Notes under the pieces: model-generated | What the model saw: only the letters and a program-made list of their open reading frames with translations | Database searches by the model: none | Told to the model about the DNA's origin: nothing | Part shown: positions 12,141 through 21,670 of the stretch, one piece after another | Numbering within the stretch: the stretch's first letter is position 1 | How the letters are laid out: every line of letters begins with the position of its first letter | Program-made: the position numbers and the translations under genes | DNA from: Haliotis cracherodii | Lineage: Eukaryota | Length of the DNA stretch: 64,000 bases | Direction of reading: 5' to 3' | Assembly (NCBI RefSeq): GCF_022045235.1 | Contig: NW_027266286.1 | Span: forward strand, 12,214,001-12,278,000

Positions 12141-13466
12141 ATTGTACATAGCATCTTAAATTTATAATACTATTCCTTGCCGTATATTGCAGTACACTAT
12201 TACTACTAAAAATGCGACCTGACAGCGCCGACAACGTAGCTTCTATAATAAGAACATGTATATAATTGTATTCCTTGACTTTACTTTTGTCATATCATAT
12301 TGTATTCTAATTCTGGAGCGGTATTCAAATAAGTTTTTGCTTGTTTACCCATCCAGTTCACATATAAATGTTTAAAACAATATTTAGTAAACAAATAATT
12401 TAAACTCATGCAACAACATAGCGTGTGGAGACGATAGACCACTGAAAAGAGCATATATATGCACATCCAATGACCCCTGACATCACAAGGCATTGTTTTG
12501 CCAGTGTGTCAGGCAACAGAATACTACGAATTACATCACAGGGTACTGTGACCTGTTTGAAAAGTTAGGTACTGTATTCTAAAGGTAGGCCCAAAATTCT
12601 AGACAATCCAGTGATTGATATTGTGAACATCAATCCACACTGTTAGATGGTCACTGTCAGATGCCATGAACCAGGTCACCGAGCCTATCACCTGATCTAT
12701 TAGGTTATCTCTTATGGGTGAGGCTAAAACGGCACCTCAGCAAAATGTCACTGATTTCTCCAACGAAAACAGCACCTTGATTTGGCAAAAAGGGCTACTA
12801 ATTGTTGTCTGTTATCTGGAGAGACATGTTGATTCCTGGCCGAAATATATATAAATGAAATTTCTATAAAATAACTATTTATTTCCTACTTACTAAAATA
12901 AATATGACACATATAGTATACCTGTTGTCCAGTTTCTTGACATTTTCGCCAGACTCAGGTTCAGCTTGACATTGAGCTAATCTGAGTAAAGCTACTTAAA
13001 ACTTCAAAGCATGTGATCTTTCAATGATAAGTTTAGTTGCACCTCCCAATCAGAATCATGAGTAAATTTGAGCAGAGGCTGATTTCTAATGTAAACTATT
13101 TTTAGGTGACTAACATTTAACAATTATTTGTGTTTGCAAGTTTAATTGCATTTATTTTACTTCAAAGAAATCAAAGCATATTATATTTTCACAATAAGTT
13201 TAGTTGCATCTCCAAATCAGAGTCGGCAAGAAGATGCTATTTTTTAATGTAAACCTTTTTGAACATTTCTCAGTTATTTGTGTTTACAAGTGACCATGCA
13301 AGTTTAATTTCATGTATTCGGGCATATTCAGACCCAAGGTAAAAAAAATAACAAGGTGCTGTTTTCACCAGGCAATAGTAGGCGAGGTACTATTTCCCTT
13401 TATAGTATAACCCTCTCTTACAACTAGCATAGGTTGATGGGGACCAATTCCAACCCGGAATCCCCA

Positions 13467-13600
13467 AATGAGTGGGTATGGTTTTATGCTGTTTTTAGCA
13501 ATACCACGGCAAGGGACACCTGACATAGACTTCACACATTGTACCCATGACAAGAATCGAACCTTGGTCTTCAGCACTACAACCACTAGGCTACCCCACC
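13467..13600 (-). mobile_element. tRNA-SINE family A, degenerate
   Basis: TTTTAGCAATA...GGGACACC...TTCACACATTGTACCCATG...AATCGAACC...ACCACTAGGCTACCCCACCGCC. Confidence 0.7.
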
Positions 13601-15532
13601 GCCAAAATTCCCAACATAATAAACTTGTCATCACGGTATTCTTCAACAAGTGAAAATATCCATACCTTTCAAATGTCTTATCTTCCACTTCACAATGTTC
13701 ACTGTTGCAAAACTCCTGTCATTTAATTTGTTCTTGATTATTCACACCTGCAAAAGTAAGTTTATTCGGTACGGTATGAACTAAAAAAATGAGTCACTAT
13801 AGAGTTTCTAGATAAAGGAATATAAATAAGCAAACATATTTCTACATCATATACATTAGCAAGGATTAACATAAGTTAGGTAGATTGCTTATCCTACAAA
13901 AATTAAATCACACATTTACTAACATATGTAAAACAGAATAAGTGGCTTACAGAAGATAAAGAACTTTAATACGTGATCAATATTATTAACATATTCCTTA
14001 CCTGAATCAGAGACCATATAACAGTCTATGTATTATGGTCTCTGTCTGAATATGTCACATCTTCAGCTCCCTGCAATCGAGGTTGTGAAACATTTCTGCT
14101 GTAGGAATATTACATCCGCTGGGATATCCCTTGTCACACTGCCTGGCATGGTAGGCAAACGCATATTCCATACACCACATAGGTATACTTCCTAATACAC
14201 ACTGTCGAAATCCCCGCGGCTCCCAATATGGCCTGTATGAACTGTAATCGGCCAACCTCGTCTCTTTCCGTGACTGCTGCAGAAATGACCGCTCGTCATT
14301 CGTCACCACTCGCCCCTTTCCGTAACCTGCAAGTGACCAACTCGTGTTATTCCGGGACAAGCAAGTCTACCCATAATTCCCTGTATGGCCGAGGGCGCCA
14401 TTTTGGAACACAAATGTAAACAAACACTCAAACCTCGTGTAATCGATGTACACCGTGATGCTTGATTGCGATATGCTTACCTCGTGTATCGATACATTGT
14501 TCTCAATCACCTCTAACTCGGAAATCCCGGTCGAAATCCACCTGAGCCATCCACAACGAGGACGTCAAGTATTTCGAAAACTCGATTGACAGCCGAAGGA
14601 AGGAAGAGCAGCTTGCAGATGCCAGGTACGTAGCAGGGCTTCGAGACATAATGTTCCATGATTTCTATACAGAGATCTTATGAAATGGATTGATTTAGAT
14701 ATTTTCCTGATCTCCATGTTACTACTGTAAACGTCAAGGGCCTTTTAGTTTTGTTGTTTTCGGAAACCCTTTGTTATTATTATGATCAAGTGTTTGTTGT
14801 GACATGGTATTTCTATTTGGGATTGCATAAGAGCTACAGGTGCAGGACTTTTAAGGGTCGTGTCCTTATTCTCAACATAACGCTGGGATTTGATGATGAG
14901 GGTTAGTTACCAAGGGTATAAATCTGGCAAAGTGCATGTCAAACAAAACGTGGCATTCAATTCCAATCATGTGTTGCCACCTGAACCACCTGAAAGTGAG
15001 ATATGGATTACAATGAATAATGACAGCTTATCAATCTTTAACAAATTCACACTGAAACATTGAAAGGATAAAGACAAGTTAGTTGTTTTCTGTTTCAGCA
15101 TGTTCAGGGTTTCTGGGCAGGTTCACAGACATCCTCAGGGAGGATACCAAGTATTGAGTGAGTATTTTTGTTTGTGATAAATACAAACTACATGTATTCA
15201 TCATGGTATATTTCAATGTAATGTGAAACATCACACTCACAATAGTCCAGCTCTGTGATGGCAGCCTGTAAATAATTGAACATGGACCAGGCAATCTAGT
15301 GATTGTTATTTTCAGCCAAGATCCATGCCCTCAGAGTATGATGACAACCTAGTCTGACCACTCAATTCATTAGTTGATTAGTGTTTGCAGCGGTAGAAAC
15401 TAACACTTTCAGTCCACTAGTCCTAAAATGATAGCATATAGCAAAACCTTTAAAATGTCAAAATGACTAGTGCCAATTTCTAACCCTGGTGTTTGGATGT
15501 TGTGTTTGTGTGTGTATGTATGAGTGTATTTA

Positions 15533-15784
15533 GGTTGGTTTGTTGTTTAACGCCGCACTCAGCTATATGACGACGGTCTGTAAATAATGGAGTCTGGACC
15601 AGAAAACCCAGTGATTCATATCATGAGCATCGAGCCACGGAATTTAGATCAATGACATGCATCAACCAAGTCAGAGAGTCTGACCACCCAATCCCGTTAG
15701 TCGCCTTTTACGACAAGCATAATGGCCTTTTACGGCAAGCATGGGTTGCTGAAGACCTAGTCTACCCCGGAATCTTCACGGGTC
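15533..15784 (-). mobile_element. SINE-like family B, near full-length, with 11-bp TSD
   Basis: TSD GAGTGTATTTA at 15522-15532 and 15785-15795. 5' end GACCCGTGAAGA; (AACC/AAAC)n tail. Confidence 0.8.
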
Positions 15785-16569
15785 GAGTGTATTTAACTTA
15801 AATCATGAATCTTATACTTGTTTCTCTGTGCTTTTACAATGTAACCCAAATTTTCTCTGGAATAATAAAGTATTTTCTTATTTATATCATTTCTGAACAA
15901 AGTGTCATATCAAGGTTAGATCTCTGTCAAAACAGTGCCATGGAAAAGCCAAACAAATAGCCTAGAAATAAAAGTAAATACTGCATTGCATTAATCTGCA
16001 TTTCAAGAAAATGTGGCAATAATTCATGGAATGATATTCACCTCGGTGAGGATCCCTCTGCATTGTCGAACAAGTTATTTCCTATGTAATGTATGTGTTG
16101 AATGACCCTGACTTTGTTGTCAAAATATTGTTTTAACATTTGTTAAATATGGGGATAAATGTCATCTCTGAATGTTTGACATGAATTATTATGATTAGGG
16201 TAGTTCTAAGTCGGAATCACACCCGGGGTCTTTTCATTTGAATCAAATGTACAACATGTACAGTTTGGACATTTCTGTGATGTGAATGCTACTTATGTTT
16301 GTAGAATGTCCGGATGAATAAAAGAGACAGTCATCCGTGCAGCATCAATGCAAAGAAAGACCATAGAAGAGCAACAGTGAGTGGTAAATATTTTGAAATT
16401 ATTCTGTTTGGTTCATATGGTTATTTTGCAAATATGTCTTCAGTTTGTTCCTTATCGCTGTAGGCACGGATGTCCTATTATCTAAGGCACTACAATTTTC
16501 TGTGCAGAGTTGCATCTCTTGGGCTTAGCAGAAACCTATAGTCATGGGTTCAAATCCTGGTTCTCCCCG

Positions 16570-16714
16570 GGTTAAAGCGTTCGCTCGTCACGCCGAAGAC
16601 CCGGGTTCGATTCCCGACATGGGTACAATGTGTGAAGCCCATTTCTGGTGTCCCCCGCCGTGATATTGCTGGAATATTGCTAAAAGCGGCGTAAAACCAT
16701 ACTCAGTCAGTCAG
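16570..16714 (+). mobile_element. tRNA-SINE family A, 5'-truncated, with 12-bp TSD
   Basis: B box GGGTTCGATTCCC; (TCAG)n tail. TSD TGGTTCTCCCCG at 16558-16569 and 16715-16726. Confidence 0.85.
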
Positions 16715-18725
16715 TGGTTCTCCCCGATTATGTTGCTAGGTTTGTCAGCATTATACACATACTCGTGGGATTCATCAAAGACCTGCATCACTTAAGACTT
16801 TCTTCCCACATCAAACTAACATGCAGTGATATATCTGGAATACTGTTCAAAGCAGTGTTAAAGCCAAATCATTTATTTAACACTGCATCCAGCAAAAGTT
16901 TGGCTATATGACAAGGATTGTGAATATATATTTTTCCATGTTGATGAGTTGAAACAATCACTAAATGACATCTCTTAAAAAGATTCCCAGCATTCCAAGC
17001 CTAATTAATAGATAAGGTTGTGATTGAGTAGGCTCATTGATCACATGTAATCATACCACAGTGATGTGGGATATTGTCCATAATAGTTATCATCGGTTTG
17101 TCTGGACCGAGTTCATAACATTAGTCACTGGTTTGTCTGGTTGAGATTTGAGATGTGATTATCTTAAATGTTTAGCATATAACAAGACTCACATATGACA
17201 ACTTAAGTGATTTTGCTGCCTTCTATCTGTAAGTACATGTGGCAACAATTCTTTTTGATTGCTAAAATCTTTTTACATAATGCTGCAGAAACTGAAGTCC
17301 TGCTTGAGATCCCTGGATGAGTACTCCAGGTTGACAGTCTGGAAGGACCAGACAGCGATGATGAGGGTCCTGTTATTTCAATGGAGGCCGACCGAGAAAT
17401 TGTATGCCAAATGGTACTGGGACACACAAAGGCTGGTCTGGCTAATGTGAGAAGACCAACCAATGCCAAGCTGGAGTGGAATTCTTCCAGGACATTCAGG
17501 AAATTCTTGTAAACACTTGAAAGGAATGATAAATAGGACTTATTGTCTTTAAATGTGGACCCAAACACCAAATGGAAAGTTCACAATTCTACTAACACAA
17601 TGCAGCAGAGATAGAGTCTAACTGGTATCCCCTCATCCTGGTTCCTGTTCATCCATGGCAATATAGAAAGAAAAGGAGGATTGAGGGAAAGTAAGTTATC
17701 TGAACTGGTGAACATAATCCGTAGGTACTGTCAAGCGAACAGTTATCACACTCTGTTATGAGTATTGAAGAATAGGATGAAATTGCATTCTGCATCAGGA
17801 ACCATCATGTGGACACTGTTCAATGTGCGATATACTATAGGCATATGAATAAAAGAAATTGATAATTTGATTGTTGCTTATGTTTCATTTGCCAGCTGTG
17901 TAAATGGGGATGTTTCATGATTTTGCCTCAGTTTAATAGCCACACTTATCTTATGAAACCATGCATTGCTTGGGCATCTCAAGATAAATAACACATGTTT
18001 CCTTTGCTCTGAAAACGTCTGATGACACATTGATCTGTTATGTCAAAGGTTAAAGTCACAACCAGACAAAAAGTTTGTTTGTGGTCTAACTCTTCCTTTG
18101 GGCAGGGGTCGAAGTTGGAAAAAGGTCGTGTGTGATCTATATATACTACATTTTCCCTTAAATTGCCTTTTCTACAGAAGTCTTAGTAACTCTTATACAT
18201 ATACTGGTTACATTACTTCCATATTTTGGTCAATGATATGTTGAATTCTACCAAAGGACTGCATATTTGGTTTATGTGCTGGATAGCTCTTTGAAATGTT
18301 TTTGAAATATTTATCACTGATATTGAAGGTCAAATTCACACTCAAAAGTGATAATTCATGAGGGGTTGAAGTGTAAGATCAAGGCAACAGTGAAGGGGTC
18401 ATTCATAAAGTATTTCTGCAATTATAACTAAAATGCCTATTTCTGGAGATATTTGTGAAGTATTAAGCACATCGTTGTTATATTATTTGAATACACATAT
18501 ATGTGCAGTGGTTACAACTCAACTCAGTGTCAAATTAACTGTCAATCCCTTTTAATAAAATAATTCACAGTAACTGAGGAAGAGCTTACTGTAGTACCAT
18601 ACAACTAGGGTGAGGCAAATGTCAATGAAGTTAGTATTTTGAATATAACAAGTACATGTACCGTTACAAATAGTCTTATTATCATCTCACTAGGACCAAA
18701 GGCCCAAGTGAGCACATTGTCAATG

Positions 18726-19249
18726 ACTTTTTCTTTTTCTCAGTACAAACTGGAAGTCTGGACATGAAATTTAAGGATATCATTATACAAGAACTGATGT
18801 TTGTTCATTAAATACCATTAACATCCGAAAAGGACAAAATATGAAATTGAACAATTTTCTTCTCCAAAAATGTTTTAGGAGGATATTTACCATTAAAATA
18901 ACACAGAATATTACAACAGGTATCTGTAATGCACAGGCTAACATTATTTACCAGAAGCAAGTCATGAAGAAAATTTGCATCCGGATACCTTCCGGAAACC
19001 TTCCGGAAACCTTCCGGAAACCTTCCAGATGCCTTCAACAACCTTCAAATTGCTTGGTATTTTCAAGTTAATTTTTTTATGTGTTTCACACTTAAGTGAA
19101 CAAAATGCACCCCCCAAATTTTGACATTTTTTTTGGAAGGTTTCCGGAAGGTTTCCGGAAGGTATCCGGGCCGGATCCAAAATGGGAAGGTATCCGGAAG
19201 GTTTCCGGAAGGTTTCCGGAAGACGGAAACCTACACTTTTTTTGCTGTG
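18726..19249 (-). repeat. Right TIR (one extra 11-bp unit)
   Basis: Reverse complement of 7452-7964 with very few differences. Confidence 0.95.
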
Positions 19250-19348
19250 TATTGGAGATTCCTCGCGTAGCCCTATCACCCGGAGGAGAAAATGAATTGT
19301 ATGCAATGAACTGACGTAAGTTAAAATTATCTGTCTGCTTCAGACAGG
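19250..19348 (-). pseudogene. LINE APE endonuclease piece between the CMC and Gypsy insertions
   Basis: CLKQTDNFNLRQFIAYNSFSPPGDRATRG follows ...ET at 27970 and precedes IIVRQD at 7451. Confidence 0.75.
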
Positions 19349-20191
19349 TATCATGGAACTGTTCTGGGTGAACCATACCTTCCAAATGACGTGCTGGTTT
19401 TCTTGGGGAATTAGTCAGCAAAGAGCCAGAGTCACAGGAGACTAATCACAATTTTATTTACAAGAACAATTAACAATTTACAATTTATGCTTAGATAATA
19501 ACTGAGGGTGCCACAGAGAGTCGGTACACACTCTGGGCTGTGGGAGAGAGGTCTGCTTGGTAAGAGAGTCAAACCCCTTCTCTGCTAGAACTTGGCTACA
19601 GTATGTAAATGAAAGTTTGAACAATAGAAAGGAATGTGATTGGTTGATACACGATTGGTTGTGTCCTAAGCTAAATGGATGGCTAGACAGAGGGGAATAC
19701 TAAATCCTGTTTATCCTGTTGGACTGGCACTAATCTTGTTGACATATTTACTGGATGCTTTGAAAGAGATTAGGGTGTCACTGTAGATGAGCTTGTGTGG
19801 GAGCTAATCCTTAATGCCCTATAGACGAGCTTGTATGGGGGCTAATCCTTAATGCACTATAGACGAGCTTGTATGGGGGCTAATCCTTAATGAGTCTTAA
19901 TTGAAGTAATGTTATTCTAATATACCCCGGTAGGTGATGACAGATATACTTAAATAAATATCCTTTGTCTGGGAGATGGGATCTTGATACCTTAGGCTAG
20001 CAACCATCTAAAAAGCTATAACTGACACTACTGATATTTTATATATGCATTTTACCTGATGATAATTATTACTTGCTAAACTATAATTATATGAAATGGT
20101 GTATAAATATTACGCCATGATAACTCATAAAAGCACTTGATGTAGATCTAATTATTATAAGATAACTTAGTATAAATGTTGTACCATGATA
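19349..20191 (-). repeat. Gypsy 3' LTR (843 bp), TATCATGG...CCATGATA termini
   Basis: Direct repeat of 27120-27965. I saw two substitutions and one 3-bp indel. Confidence 0.95.
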
Positions 20192-20202
20192 ACTTCCCCT
20201 CC
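20192..20202 (-). other. Polypurine tract
   Basis: GGAGGGGAAGT on the minus strand immediately before the 3' LTR. Confidence 0.8.
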
Positions 20203-20970
20203 GTCTGAAAAAGTTTGGACCCCAAACGTGTAAAAATTAAAATAATTATGGCTTAGATGGACAATGTATTAAGTTAAACTGGTAGTATAGTAAATAACAA
20301 TTATTATAGCGTCTCTTTGATATGGAAACATGATATAAAAATGCTGTCATCAGGGAATCTGGATGTGGAGCTGGCTTGTCTTGGCACTCTGTACTGGTGG
20401 TTTTATGGGTGATGTAGGAGGCCTTGAGTTCCACATCCTGGATTGGGGTTGTAAGATAGTAGGCTGTGTCCATGGAGGTTTTACATGGAAACAAAGAAAA
20501 GAGAGTTAGCATGTTCAAATAATATGTCATATATAAATACTTCCTCAGTTTGTCTGTAATAACTAGAAAATAAAACAAATATGATAATTATGATGTAAAA
20601 GATCAGTACATAATTATTACTAAACGGTGTCATGGCCAGGAAGAATGTATTGGCGGCAAATTACAAAAGTATATCATGAGAAAAATAGTAATATCCTTCT
20701 ATTTTTGGATACAATCATTAGACGAATTATATATACATATATGTGCATGTGCATATAACAAGTGCATCGATTTATTACACTAATACGGTATACAAAAGGT
20801 GTTAGAAAGGTGTATATCCTTTTTAGAATTCTTTGTTAGTTTTCGTAACTGTTTGGTTTGCCTTTTCTTTGTTTTGGTTCATTTCGGTTGTTAAGTTTGC
20901 TTTATTTCAATTTGGTTTGTTTCGCTTTGATTTTCGTTCGGTTCAATGTGATAGGGTTTGGTTTATTTTG

Positions 20971-21513
20971 CTTCGGTACGGTTTGCTTCGCTTCGGTACG
21001 GTTTGGGTTCGATTCGCAGTATGGTTTGCTTCGCTTCGGTGCGGTTTGGGTTTCGATTCGCAGTACGGTTTGCTTCACTTCGGTGCGGTTTGGGTTTCGA
21101 TTCGCAGTACGGTTTGCTTCGCTTCGGTGCGGTTTGGGTTCGATTCGCAGTATGGTTTGCTTCGCTTCGGTGCGGTTTGGGTTTCGATTCGCAGTACGGT
21201 TTGCTTCGCTTCGGTGCGGTTTGGATTTCGATTCACAGTATGGTTTGCTTCGCTTCGGTGCGGTTTGGGTTCAATTCGCAGTATGGTTTGCTTCGCTTCG
21301 GTGCGGTTTGGGCTTCGATTCGCAGTACGGTTTGCTTCGCTTCAGTGCGGTTTGGATTTCGATTCAGAGTATGGTTTGCTTCGCTTCGGTGCGGTTTGGG
21401 TTTTGATTCGCAGTATGGTTTGCTTCGCTTCGGTGCGGTTTGGGTTTCTATTCGCAGTATGGTTTGCTTCGCTTCGGTGCGGTTTGGGTTTCAATTCGCA
21501 GTATGGTTTGCTT
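20971..21513. repeat. 43-44-bp tandem repeat (~12 copies) in the Gypsy 3' untranslated region
   Basis: Unit CGCAGTAYGGTTTGCTTCGCTTCGGTGCGGTTTGGGTTTCGATT, starting at 21015, 21059, 21103, 21146 and onward. Confidence 0.95.
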
Positions 21514-21670
21514 TGTGTCATTTCACTTCGCTTTTGAGATTGGTTGATCAGGTCAATGCTCAAAATTTGCTGTGATACAAATAACTCAGGTGATCAGGCT
21601 GATGCCATTTGTTCTCAACTGGCGACCCATAGTGAAAGGACTGGACACAAGAAAACATAACAAGATACAG

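Larger units (their letters stand above)
7452..19249. mobile_element. 11.8-kb non-autonomous CMC (CACTA/EnSpm/Chapaev-like) DNA transposon
   Basis: CACAGC...GCTGTG termini. 3-bp TSD TAT at 7449-7451 and 19250-19252. Near-identical ~515-bp TIRs with 11-bp subterminal repeats. No recognisable transposase inside. Confidence 0.8.

Noticed and set aside
16570-16620. tRNA gene (also at 28380-28446)
   Set aside because: tRNA-derived SINE heads: followed by SINE body and tail, flanked by TSDs, and with no complete cloverleaf.
20246-20578. 110-aa sense ORF downstream of pol as a displaced gag or env
   Set aside because: Non-ATG start, AT-rich low-information sequence, and no capsid, zinc-knuckle or fusion-protein features.
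20833-21575. Three overlapping plus-strand ORFs (234, 182 and 205 aa) as an env-like or membrane protein
   Set aside because: They arise from a largely stop-free 43-44-bp tandem repeat. All three frames give the same permuted peptide, and they are antisense to the element.
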